A stretch of DNA of 64,000 nucleotides from an uncultured delta proteobacterium. Its GTDB lineage: Bacteria; Desulfobacterota; RBG-13-43-22. A model generated the notes under the pieces. The model was given only the letters and a program-made list of their open reading frames with translations, had not been told where the DNA came from and ran no database searches. The stretch is from assembly GCA_963790475.1 (NCBI GenBank), contig CAWBOS010000010.1:448001-512000 (forward strand), in the 5' to 3' direction. The position numbers were made by a program, and so were the translations under genes. Numbering within the stretch: position 1 is the first letter of the stretch; the number at the start of each line of letters is the position of its first letter. Below, one piece after another: positions 29,261 through 38,652 of this stretch.

Positions 29261-29971
29261 ATGGTAACAATGATAACGTGTGAAAGAGCGATCAGGGAAG
29301 AATTCAAAGATTCAGACCAAATATTGACCACAGACCAGGTCATTGATCAAATTCAAAAAAAATATCCTGGAAAATGGAAAGAGATCACCATTAGGACTCA
29401 CCTTATTGGCTGTAGTATCAACCATAAGTCCAGTAAGTTTTATCCAACTTTTCAGAAATTTCTCTATACCGTTGAACCGGGAAAAATGAGACTTTTCGAT
29501 TTGGAAAAAGACGATAAATTTAAGAAACTATCCCCCAGGTTGAAGATACAATTCGTGTCAGAAGAGATGATCCCAACTGAAGTAAAAGCCCACGAAGCAA
29601 AACCAACCATTCTAAAAAATTTGCGGAAAAATCTAAGAAGGGATATCGCCCAGCTTGAACCCGGGCTAAAACTTTTCCAGGACCAGGGTCTTGATAGCTT
29701 AATGGAAGCCACCAAAATCGATATCCTCGCCAAGGATGTTAATGATAACCTCGTCGTAATTAAGCTCAAGGGGGATATTGCCCAGATCAACACTCTTAGC
29801 CAGATATTAAACTCTATAGCTTCAATCAAAAATGAGCTTGGTGAGACAAACATCAGAGGCCTAATCGTCGCCAAAGATTTTGACAATCAAATAGTCCTGG
29901 CGTCAAGAGAAGTGCCGGATGTTTCTCTTTTTAAATATAAGATGAAATTTGATTTCGAAGTAGTCAATTGA
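29261..29971 (+). CDS. NucS/DUF91-like PD-(D/E)XK protein with extra N-terminal domain
   Basis: LEPGLKL...KIDILAKDVNDNLVVIKLK...Q...RGLIVA.DF. Confidence 0.7.
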   Translation: MVTMITCERAIREEFKDSDQILTTDQVIDQIQKKYPGKWKEITIRTHLIGCSINHKSSKFYPTFQKFLYTVEPGKMRLFDLEKDDKFKKLSPRLKIQFVSEEMIPTEVKAHEAKPTILKNLRKNLRRDIAQLEPGLKLFQDQGLDSLMEATKIDILAKDVNDNLVVIKLKGDIAQINTLSQILNSIASIKNELGETNIRGLIVAKDFDNQIVLASREVPDVSLFKYKMKFDFEVVN

Positions 29972-30142
29972 CGTTTTCCGGTACAACCATAGAAGTGCCA
30001 TAATCCCACCCAGACAATATGTTCCCCGCTAAAAAGTACTGGGATTAGTCGTTCAGTGCCCGACTCTTCCAGGCTAATTTAAGAATTAAAAAGTAAAAGA
30101 TTCGGGAGCTGGGGGATTTTTTTTCAAAATAAAAACGGACCA

Positions 30143-30290
30143 CTGCCGGAAAAGGATTTACTCAAACCAAGAGAAGGGGCGAAATATTTTTCCGCATCAA
30201 CCAGGACCATCTATTCTGGATTGAAATAGGAAAGCTGGAAGCCGTGGAAATTGGACCCAAACTTATCCGGGTTCGGAGGTCTGCCACTTA
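30143..30290 (+). pseudogene. Excisionase-like HTH remnant
   Basis: LPEKDLLKPREGAKYFSASTRTIY/fs/WIEIGKLEAVEIGPKLIRV. Confidence 0.6.
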
Positions 30291-30648
30291 AAAAGTGTCG
30301 AGGCCTGGGTATTAACAGGAGTCCTCCAAACAGGTAAGGAAAAGAAGCGCTTGGACTTGAGCGGAAGGCTGGTTCAAGGTATTAGAGGAGAGAGAATATA
30401 GCGTGAATTTAGATCGTGGCTTAGAATGGATTTTAGGAGGCCGGGGGGAATATACCTTCCGGCTTTAACTGCTGCTATCTTTTTAAGGAGGCTCTGCCTG
30501 CCGATGCCTCCTGGATCAACCTCGGCAGGCAGATATGCGAGATCAAGGAATAGGCCATGCTGGCCGGACTGGCTGCCCTCCCGCCGCTGGGGCTGCTCCT
30601 ATTTCGAACCCGATATTTTAGTTCGCTGCAGGGAAAGGTAGGGAAGAA

Positions 30649-30712
30649 GTGCTTCCTGAAGTCCTCTAAATCCAATTTTTGAAAAAAGACAAGAGTTCAA
30701 ATCGTAATCGTC
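30649..30712 (+). repeat. Family D site, partial
   Basis: 26-bp exact match (30675-30700) to the reverse complement of 21509-21534, then ATCGTAATCGTC. Confidence 0.75.
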
Positions 30713-31157
30713 GATAAAAGGGTCTTGATATTTCTTGGCCTTAGAAACGGCAAGAGATCTCAAGGCTTTCAAAAAACAAGTAGTATGCCATCGTTCTCCT
30801 AAGAGACTAACTCGATTAATCCCTAAAAAAACCTTTAGAAAAGACCTCTTCCTTCTTGCCGGGGCGATGAAGGGTTTATGAAGTTATTGACAGTCTCATG
30901 ACAAAATGTCGACCGATTTCTATTCCAAATCTTTTGACTGAGCCAAGTCCTGGGATGCTTTCCCTTGGAATTATCCGAATCCGATAAGATCAGCCAGGCC
31001 TTGGATGGATTGACCTATATCTTGTAGCGAATATAAAAAAACATACCATATGTTGAGTTTTATCTTGACTTTTTTAGATTTTAACAGTAAAAACTTTATG
31101 TGGAAAAAGTATATTGGCAACCAACGGGAAGAGCCTTTTTGAAACAGAAAAATAACC

Positions 31158-31711
31158 ATGAGCACCCAGGAACAGAAAACCATTCTTCTCGTTGAAGACG
31201 AGATTCTTATCGAGGTGGTCGAGAAGGAGAGGATCAAGAGTTTCGGCTACAAAGTCATCACAGCGGATTCCGGTGAAGAGGCGATTAACATTGCGATAGG
31301 TAATAAAAGAATTAATCTCGTGCTCATGGATATTAATCTTGGTCGAGGAATCGACGGGCTGGAAGCCGCCAAACAAATCCCAAGAAGAAAAATATGCCCA
31401 TCGTTTTTCTAACCAGCCACTCTGAAAAAGAATATGTGGATAAATTAAAGGAAATTACCTGTTATGGGTGCGTGTTCAAGGCCTCCGGAGACTTTGTTCT
31501 TCGAGCCTCCATCGAAACTGCCTTGGACCTTTTTGAGGTAAACAAAAATTTACAATTAAAGATGGACTTGATGCGGGAGAGCCAGGGAAAATACTGGAAT
31601 GTATTTGCCCCTGATAGTGACGCCCTTTTTCTCGTTGATAAGGGAATGGTTGAGGCAGTTATCAAAACAAAAGGTGCATCTCGAATAAAATCGGAAGATT
31701 CACCTATTTAA
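31158..31711 (+). pseudogene. Response regulator receiver protein, frameshifted/truncated
   Basis: ILLVEDE...VLMDINL then PIVFLT...K in a second frame. Confidence 0.75.
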
Positions 31712-31726
31712 TTAATGGGGATTAAA

Positions 31727-32854
31727 ATGAAAATTGCAGTCATAGGGTGCGGCTATCGAGGACCCAATTTGGTTAGAAATTTTTTCCAATTAAATAAGGT
31801 CGATGAATTATTTTGCTGTGATCTGGATCCAGAGAAGCTGGATCGGCTAAAAAACCTTTACCCATCCGTTAAAAGAATACAGGATTACAAGGAATTTCTA
31901 AAAATGCCGGATCTGGACGGGGTGGTTATTTCCACTCCGGTTTACAGCCATTACCCCTTGGCCAAGGATTTTCTGGAGAATGGCCAACATGTGATGGTGG
32001 AAAAACCCCTGACCCATTCCCAGGAAAGCAGCCTGGAGTTGATCAAGATAGCCGAAGAAAAGAAACGAATCCTGATGGTGGGCCACACCTTTGAATATAC
32101 AGCCGCTGTAAACAAGATTAAAGAGATCATCGAAAGTGGGGAATTGGGGAAGATACTCTATGTTAGTTGTACCCATACAAACTTGGGACTCCTTCAAAAG
32201 GATATCAATGTGGTTTGGGATCTTGCCCCCCACGATATATCCATCATTCTTTATGTCCTGGGCGAATTTCCGGTTTCGGTCAACTGCCAAGGGAAAGCGC
32301 ATTATAAATCTGATATTGAAGATGTGGCGATCACCTCGCTCAACTTCAATAATGGCTTAATAGCCTTTATACATAACAGTTGGCTTGATCCGAAAAAAAT
32401 CCGGGAGACAACAATTGTCGGAACAAGGAAGATGTTGGTTTACGATGACATGAAATTGCAGGAAAAGATAAAGATATATGACAAGGGGTTGGAAATACCC
32501 CCTTATTATGATACCTTTGCTGAGTTCCATTTCGCCTACCGGTCAGGAGATACTTATAGCCCAAGAATTGACGAATATGAACCCCTCAGGAAACAGTGTG
32601 ATACCTTTTTGGAATGTATAAAAGAAGAGATTCATCCTCCATCCGACGGAAATGACGGATTGAGGGTGGTAGCCATCCTGGAAGCATCCTCCAACTCATT
32701 AAAGCAAGCGGGTAAGGAGGTGCCCTTGCGACTGCCCAAAGAAAAAAAAGCCATCCAGACAAATGGAAATGGATACCCTGTTTTTTTAAGGGTCCCCCTA
32801 GAGAATAAGATATTGACCCCGTTAAGGGCGCTGGGAAAAAAGAGGGTTGCTTAG
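31727..32854 (+). CDS. Gfo/Idh/MocA family oxidoreductase
   Basis: IAVIGCGY.G, VEKP, WDLAPHD. Confidence 0.88.
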   Translation: MKIAVIGCGYRGPNLVRNFFQLNKVDELFCCDLDPEKLDRLKNLYPSVKRIQDYKEFLKMPDLDGVVISTPVYSHYPLAKDFLENGQHVMVEKPLTHSQESSLELIKIAEEKKRILMVGHTFEYTAAVNKIKEIIESGELGKILYVSCTHTNLGLLQKDINVVWDLAPHDISIILYVLGEFPVSVNCQGKAHYKSDIEDVAITSLNFNNGLIAFIHNSWLDPKKIRETTIVGTRKMLVYDDMKLQEKIKIYDKGLEIPPYYDTFAEFHFAYRSGDTYSPRIDEYEPLRKQCDTFLECIKEEIHPPSDGNDGLRVVAILEASSNSLKQAGKEVPLRLPKEKKAIQTNGNGYPVFLRVPLENKILTPLRALGKKRVA

Positions 32855-33039
32855 CCGAAGTTTTCTTCTATAACACTAAATATGAAATTGGTGAAAACAT
32901 AAAGGCATATGATTTTATGGATCTTTTTGGTTTAAAAATTGGAGGCGGACAAAAAAGCTTTTATTAAAAGAAGCAGAGAAGAGAGGGTCTGCTCTTTTTA
33001 AGGTTTAATATCTATTAACCAGATTGAGAGAAATCAGAA

Positions 33040-33232
33040 ATGATCTCATATGAATTTTACAGGAGTAACCCGGTAACAAAAATAGAAGAGTTGCTTGGAG
33101 TTCTGGAGGAAAGAAGAAAAGAATCCTTCCAGAATTACCCGGGAATCAGTCATGGGTTGGGCAGAAAAAGTTTTTGGTCAAGATGTAGGTGTTAAAGACA
33201 TTTATTTTATTCCAGTAAATATTAATAAATAG
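33040..33232 (+). pseudogene. Small hypothetical protein, frameshifted
   Basis: MISYEFY...LLGVLEERRK/fs/PSRITRESVMGWAEKVFG..IYFIPV*. Confidence 0.4.
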
Positions 33233-33313
33233 ACAAGAAATACTTGAGACCCACTCCGTTCTTCCTTACAAGCACGAGGTTAAAACGTAAATCAATATCT
33301 GGTAAGCTGGACG

Positions 33314-33409
33314 AAAGTAGGGTCAGAAATGGCCCTGCTTTTTCTATGCCCCTTCAAACGATAATCGTTAAATCTCCGAACCATTCCAGAACAAGACTTG
33401 TAGGTGTAA
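33314..33409 (+). repeat. Family D site (hairpin-core-N25-GACTTGTAGGTG); intron-free homolog of the intron target
   Basis: AGGGTCAGAAATGGCCCTGCTTTTT..ATGC...TTCAAACGATAATCGTT-N25-GACTTGTAGGTGTAA. Confidence 0.75.
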
Positions 33410-33599
33410 TTTAAGTATTGCTTATGCTTAATAAATTCGAAATTAAATGAACAACCTTCTGGAGGGAATGGCCCAGATATTGGGCTCGGTCGGAACGGGG
33501 TCGGGCCATGTTAACTGACTGATATAATATAATATGAAATCAAGTTAGGCCTTTAAAATGGGTCTATATTGAGCTTTTTATGGGCAAAAAGAGCAATAT

Positions 33600-33700
33600 A
33601 GAAAACTAATGGCTGTGGATTGAGGGATACTTGAATGCCGGGAAACAAACCCGGGAAGATGAATGGACGGGAAGCATTACTGTCGGAAGTAAAATACTTT
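33600..33700 (+). pseudogene. Possible Y1/RAYT-like transposase C-terminal fragment
   Basis: WIEGYLNAGKQTREDEWTGSITVGSK resembles the W..S.AVGS tail I associate with such transposases (recall only). Confidence 0.35.
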
Positions 33701-33770
33701 ACTTGGCTGGTCCCCAATTCCATCATCGTTAGGAGTGTGAAAGCGATTATATTTGGCAGGAGGAAATGAT

Positions 33771-34358
33771 ATGAGTCTGAATAACGAAGTCCTAAACTGC
33801 ATTCATGAACGAAGGAGTACGCGTCGATTTACTGACCAACAAATATCATCTGAACAACTGGATGCTCTGCTTGATGCCGCAATATGGGCGCCTAGCGGCG
33901 GCAACAATCAAAGTTGGTTGTTTACGGCTATTCAGAAAAAAGATGTGCTTCTCCATTTAAATGAGCTTGTTCGTGAAGGATTTCAACATTGGATTCCCGA
34001 TGACGATTACCCCGGAAAGCTAGGTATGAAGAAGCTTTCACAAAAGAAAGGCTATAACTTCTATCACAAAGCACCAACGCTCATTATTGCCTCCAATAAA
34101 CCGAATTACGAAAATGCAATGGCAGATTGCGCCCTGGCGCTCCAGAATATTTTCCTTGCGGCTCAGTCTCTGGGGTTGGGAAGTTGTTATATCAACCAAC
34201 TTCATTGGCTTCGGGATGATCCGCCTGTCCGCGCGTATCTGCTTGAATTGGGCATCCCAAAGGAGCATACGATCTGCTCTTCCGCGGCTATCGGTTTTAT
34301 AGGTAAGGAATCGACCGCGCCTATTCGTAAAGAAGGCACGATACACATTATTCGATAA
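33771..34358 (+). CDS. Nitroreductase family protein
   Basis: RRSTRRF, WAPSGGNNQSW, LAAQSLGLGSC. Confidence 0.9.
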   Translation: MSLNNEVLNCIHERRSTRRFTDQQISSEQLDALLDAAIWAPSGGNNQSWLFTAIQKKDVLLHLNELVREGFQHWIPDDDYPGKLGMKKLSQKKGYNFYHKAPTLIIASNKPNYENAMADCALALQNIFLAAQSLGLGSCYINQLHWLRDDPPVRAYLLELGIPKEHTICSSAAIGFIGKESTAPIRKEGTIHIIR

Positions 34359-34400
34359 AGTAAAGTCGTATCGGAATGGTGAGAAAAAAAAGAGCTCTCT

Positions 34401-34563
34401 TTCAATCGGAAATCATCAACTTTTTGTTCAGACTAATCCCCACATTTGTAGGTGTAAGGGGTTAATTGGGAGGAGAAGGCGATTTTTATTGTAATTTAGA
34501 GGGGTTCTTCCTGAACTCCAAAACCTCCATTATGAAAAAAATGCAAGTGTTTAAAACATAATT
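34401..34563 (+). repeat. Family D site, full unit
   Basis: TTCAATCGGAAATCATC..TTCAG-N10-ACATTTGTAGGTGTAA-N44-GGGTTCTTCCTGAACTC..TGAAAAAAATGCAAGTGTTTAAAACATAAT. Confidence 0.7.
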
Positions 34564-34591
34564 CTATTTGCCTCCCTTTTTTGTTCTAATG

Positions 34592-35998
34592 TTACCATTT
34601 TGGTTTCTGTTGAAAACTCTGATCCGCTCCATAAGTGGTTCCTGCACTGTTGGTGGCCACTAGACGGTAATGATAAACGGTATAAAATCTCAGTCCGGTT
34701 ATCCTGGCCGAAGCAGCAACATAGCCGGTGCCACTGCCGGCTGAGGTAACCACTGTGGCAAACCCGTAGGAAGTGGTCCGCCCCCACTGAAAGATATAGG
34801 TCGTTGATAAGCCGTTGGGATTAACCGTTCCATTCAAAGTGGCGGAATTAAAAATCACAGACGAGGCCGCGCCGGTATTGGCCACCGGTGCCTTTGTGCT
34901 AATCGCAGAGAAGGTTGCTGTCACATTGAGATTCGAGTTCATTGTTACCCGGCAGGTGGACAATGTTCCAGAACAGGCCCCTGACCACCCTCCAAAAGCA
35001 GAGTTGGCATCAGGAATAGCTGTTAAGGTGACTCCCGTACCAGAAGCGAAAGTGGTCCCTACCGGATTAGTGGAGACATTGCCATTACCTGTCCCATTTT
35101 TGCTAACAGTGACGGTATAAGTTGCTGAGGAAATAAGCGAAAAAGAAGCTGCTATGGTGTGATTGGCGCCTACGGAAGAAAAGGTGTAGGAAGTAATCGA
35201 TCCTTTTGAGACACCGTCCACATTCACATTGGCAACCTTGTAACCGGAATTGGGGGTAATAGTGAATGTCTGTCCGCCCCCTGCCGGAACAGAAACCTGT
35301 CCGGAAGGGGAAATAGTCCCGCCAGATCCGGCCGAAGAAGTGATAATGTAAGCGGCCGAACCGTTTTCACTCACCGTAAACACATTCCCGGCGACAGTCA
35401 GACTGTCTGAGCGGGTAATGCCGGTGTTGGGAGAAACCGTATACCTCATTGTTCCACTTCCAATACCGGACCCCGAATTAATCGTTATCCAGGAGGCAGA
35501 AGCCGAAGTCCCCCAATTACAACCAGCCTGAGTAGTGATGGACACACTTCCCGACCCACCGGAGGTGGGAAAAGAGGCACTTGAAGGGGATATGGCGAAG
35601 GTGCAGGAAGGGACTGTATAAATTACCTCATTGGAGAACCCGCTCTCTAACCCCTGGGCATTATAAGCAGTAGCCGCAATATAGTAAGTCGGTCCCGAAG
35701 TCAGGCCATTTAAAATGTAGGTGGTTACGTTACCCACATCTATTTTATTCTGGTAGTTTCCTGATTGCGTCCCGGAATAGATCTTATAACCGGCCAAGTC
35801 CGATTCGCTGTTGGGATCCCAAGTGAGTGTGACCTGGGCACAATGACCTGGCGGGCCAAGATTAGAAAAAAGTATGGTCAGGACTAAGAAAGAAAGAAAT
35901 TTGGGGGAAAAAATAGCGCCAAGCGATTTGGAACAGCCAGAGAAATTCTTTTTCAAAAGTTTGAGACTATCATTCCTAAATACGGCAAAAAAAGACAT
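34592..35998 (-). CDS. Secreted Fn3/BACON/InlB-B-repeat surface protein (start uncertain)
   Basis: VTLTWDPNSESDLAGYKIY..ESGFSNEV Fn3; S/T/G-rich beta repeats; FGGWSGAC; C-terminal Fn3-like domain. Confidence 0.8.
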   Translation of the reverse strand: MSFFAVFRNDSLKLLKKNFSGCSKSLGAIFSPKFLSFLVLTILFSNLGPPGHCAQVTLTWDPNSESDLAGYKIYSGTQSGNYQNKIDVGNVTTYILNGLTSGPTYYIAATAYNAQGLESGFSNEVIYTVPSCTFAISPSSASFPTSGGSGSVSITTQAGCNWGTSASASWITINSGSGIGSGTMRYTVSPNTGITRSDSLTVAGNVFTVSENGSAAYIITSSAGSGGTISPSGQVSVPAGGGQTFTITPNSGYKVANVNVDGVSKGSITSYTFSSVGANHTIAASFSLISSATYTVTVSKNGTGNGNVSTNPVGTTFASGTGVTLTAIPDANSAFGGWSGACSGTLSTCRVTMNSNLNVTATFSAISTKAPVANTGAASSVIFNSATLNGTVNPNGLSTTYIFQWGRTTSYGFATVVTSAGSGTGYVAASARITGLRFYTVYHYRLVATNSAGTTYGADQSFQQKPKW

Positions 35999-36012
35999 AA
36001 CATCTTTTCGTT

Positions 36013-36029
36013 ACGCAAATACTATACCA
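36013..36029 (-). promoter_or_regulatory. Sigma54 promoter
   Basis: TGGTATAGTATTTGCG (GG-N10-GC) upstream of the Fn3 gene. Confidence 0.55.
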
Positions 36030-36181
36030 GATTTTATTAATTGTAAATCTCATTGAAATAATAGGAATTAATTTAAAATAAAAAAAAATAAAAGGAACAA
36101 ATAACACTTTTTATCTACAGGAATGGATAAAATTTGAGGGAAAAATCATACATATTAATGGGTAGGCCAACCATTTCTTCC

Positions 36182-36237
36182 ATCTATCTGTAATTTTCAA
36201 TTTTTAGTCCAGCTCCCAAGCAACATTTGTAGGTGAA
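36182..36237 (+). repeat. Family D site, degenerate core
   Basis: TCCAG-N10-ACATTTGTAGGTG, same spacing as 34427-34454. Confidence 0.6.
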
Positions 36238-36702
36238 GTCAATAAACCACTCCGTCTCAGGCAGCAAGGAATAGCTCCTAATAAACTAATACCGTTACTG
36301 TCATTTGATCCGGAATGGCATGTCTATCCGATAGGGACTCCCTTCTCGGCGTACTTGAATAACTACCCCGTCCCCCACTTAAACAGCTCACTCAAAAAAA
36401 ACCCTATTCATACTCCTAGAGCGATGATCTTGGGGATCATGGATGGACTGGGTGCTGGAATAAGAATTCAAACTATTTACCATTCGAATTTTTATTTTGG
36501 TTTCCGTTTTCAAGGGGAGAACAAGTCGAGGGGTCTTAAAATCCATGGCGTTCTAAGTTTCGAAAACGGGCTTTGGGGGTATTTTTTAAAATGCGGACAG
36601 AGTGCGGACAAAATGCAAAAAATAGCAAAAAACTTGATGAAAAAGAAAAAGGACTTAAAGCCTGTATGTGCCATAAGCCCTTTCATTTTATACTATTTTA
36701 AC

Positions 36703-36779
36703 TGGTGCCCCCGGCGAGACTTGAACTCACGGCCTACAGATTAGGAATCTGCCGCTCTATCCACCTGAGCTACGGGGGC
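36703..36779 (-). tRNA. tRNA-Arg(CCT)
   Basis: GCCCCCG acceptor stem, anticodon loop TTCCTAA, GTTCAA T-loop, encoded CCA. Confidence 0.95.
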
Positions 36780-36824
36780 ATGGTTTACCTATAATAGATT
36801 TGGGGGGAGAACTCAATAAGAAAG

Positions 36825-36918
36825 TAGAATCCAGGAGTCAGAATCCAGAATCCAGAATAACCCCTCAACCCTTTACTGCTGTTTCTCATTCTGAATTCTG
36901 GCTTCTGGATTCCAGAAT
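36825..36918. repeat. Inverted pair of 7-nt tandem repeats (family C, AGAATCC/TCTGGAT)
   Basis: agaatcc aggagtc agaatcc agaatcc ... tctgaat tctggct tctggat. Confidence 0.7.
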
Positions 36919-37812
36919 TTAAGAGAGACTTTTCAAATACCCTACAAACCCATTGATACTGTTAGCCATAAAAAAACGTTCTCGTTGTTGAGACAAGGCA
37001 TCCATTTGATGAAAGCAGGCCAGCAGGGGGTCTTTTTCCAAGAGGAGTTCCGTCGCCCGTTCAATCACATCCTCGGACCCGGACTGAAGGACCTCGGCAA
37101 TCAATTCCTTCCACAGAAAAAGTTGCTCTCGATATAATCTCAGCATTTTTTGGCTGTTTGGATGGCTGCCGGCGTGGCCATAATAGATGACTTGGTCTTC
37201 CAAAGCCAGCATTTTATCCACACTGGCCACGGTTTGGTCCAAGAAAAATCGGGGCGGGGTAGGGGGGCGAAGATATATTTTTTCTCCGAAAGACAGATAA
37301 ACGCCGGCCGATTCACCGCAAAATAAATAATCCTGATAACAAAAACTCAGATGAAAGGGGGCGTGACCCGGGGTTTCCAGGATAGTCAATGCCTCCAAAG
37401 TGATATCGTCCAGTGAAAAAAGGCATCCCGGTGGGACCGGGTCTATGGGGCCATAGGCCAGGGCTTTCTCTCCCAACGTGGCCAGGCTTCCTTCCCATAG
37501 TCGAGTGGGATCAATCAAATGAGGAATTCCCTTGGTTGGGGCAATTACCTTTGCCGTAGGAAATCGTTTCAGGAAAGGGGCCAGACCGCCGGCGTGATCG
37601 ATATGAATATGGGTCAGCCAGACCTGGTCCACCTGCCGTATTCCCCTTTGATCTAATTGAGTGATCAACCAATTGATGGAGGCCCTTGGTCCCACATCGA
37701 CGACAATGGTCGGATTCCCCTGAATCACCCAGGAGCCGATAAATTTTTCCCACCCGGGAATTTTCTGGGGAAGTTCTATAAAAAAAGGGGGAGATGAAAT
37801 AGAATTGGTCAT
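36919..37812 (-). CDS. MBL-fold metallo-hydrolase
   Basis: THIHIDHAGG, TPGHAPFH; start moved to ATG 37812 because the upstream extension lies in repeat A. Confidence 0.88.
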   Translation of the reverse strand: MTNSISSPPFFIELPQKIPGWEKFIGSWVIQGNPTIVVDVGPRASINWLITQLDQRGIRQVDQVWLTHIHIDHAGGLAPFLKRFPTAKVIAPTKGIPHLIDPTRLWEGSLATLGEKALAYGPIDPVPPGCLFSLDDITLEALTILETPGHAPFHLSFCYQDYLFCGESAGVYLSFGEKIYLRPPTPPRFFLDQTVASVDKMLALEDQVIYYGHAGSHPNSQKMLRLYREQLFLWKELIAEVLQSGSEDVIERATELLLEKDPLLACFHQMDALSQQRERFFMANSINGFVGYLKSLS

Positions 37813-37849
37813 AATTGCCAAACCTTCAAAAATCAGCCAAGAGTTTTTG

Positions 37850-37952
37850 TTCACCGCAAAGCCGCAAAGAACGCAGAGGGAATTATTTTTGTTCAATCCC
37901 GTGAGAGGCGGGATTGAATAAAATCACTTCTTTGCGTTCTCTGCGGCTTTGC
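37850..37952 (-). repeat. Family A element, short copy (one internal hairpin)
   Basis: TTCACCGCAAAGCCGCAAAG..TTCAATCCCGTGAGAGGCGGGATTGAA..CTCTGCGGCTTTGC. Confidence 0.8.
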
Positions 37953-38004
37953 TCCTTTGCAGGGAAAACAGTTATTTCAAGAAACTAAATTCGAACCAAA
38001 TTGA

Positions 38005-38652
38005 TTATTCCTTAGTTTTCGATAATAATCGCCAACCGGTCAGATTAATAAGGGACCAAAGGACATCCAAGGGAAGATGCCGGTAAACACTGCGGTCGAA
38101 ATTGATGGTGATCTGAGCAGGAAACTCCTCATCGGCAGTGTAAAGAATATATTCGACCGGAATACGGGGAAGGAGCAGGAGCTCGAATGAGGCATCTCCT
38201 CTTCCGGTTTTCCGACCGCCGAGATTAAGACCGGCTTGAAGAAAACCTTCAGGGTCTTTTTCGAAGGCTTTTTCCAAAGGTTCTTTAAAAAGCGCATGGG
38301 GCCCCCGAAAAAACAATTCCCCGCCGGGAATCTCTCTTTCGTTAATCTTCTGGCCTTCAACCGCTTTATCCTGGGCTTTCATTAGATACATCAGGAGAAC
38401 CAGGTATTCCTGGAAACTCAGATTTTTCTCAGGGGCATCCTTTCTCCAGATATGTTGCATGTCCGGGCGGCAAAAATAAATCCGATTCCAAAAAGGTATT
38501 CGGTATCCTTCTTCGAATTGAAAGGTGACTAAGGCCCTTTGACTGACATCCTCGGGATCCATGGCTCGTAGATCCTGCCAGTAGTGAATAGGGATGTGAC
38601 TGCTGTCCCGGAACGTAGAAGTCGTGTTGGGATCAATAGAGGGCATAGACAT
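38005..38652 (-). CDS. DUF3786 domain protein
   Basis: REIPGGELFFRGPH, GDASFE..LPRIP..Y.ADEEFPA..FD. Confidence 0.8.
   Translation of the reverse strand: MSMPSIDPNTTSTFRDSSHIPIHYWQDLRAMDPEDVSQRALVTFQFEEGYRIPFWNRIYFCRPDMQHIWRKDAPEKNLSFQEYLVLLMYLMKAQDKAVEGQKINEREIPGGELFFRGPHALFKEPLEKAFEKDPEGFLQAGLNLGGRKTGRGDASFELLLLPRIPVEYILYTADEEFPAQITINFDRSVYRHLPLDVLWSLINLTGWRLLSKTKE

Noticed and set aside
33184-33193. TGTAGGTGT as another family D box
   Set aside because: It lies inside a probable coding remnant and lacks the core and TYCAG box at the expected spacing.
36355-36744. 129-aa ORF
   Set aside because: It runs antisense into tRNA-Arg and across the att-like region; no motifs.
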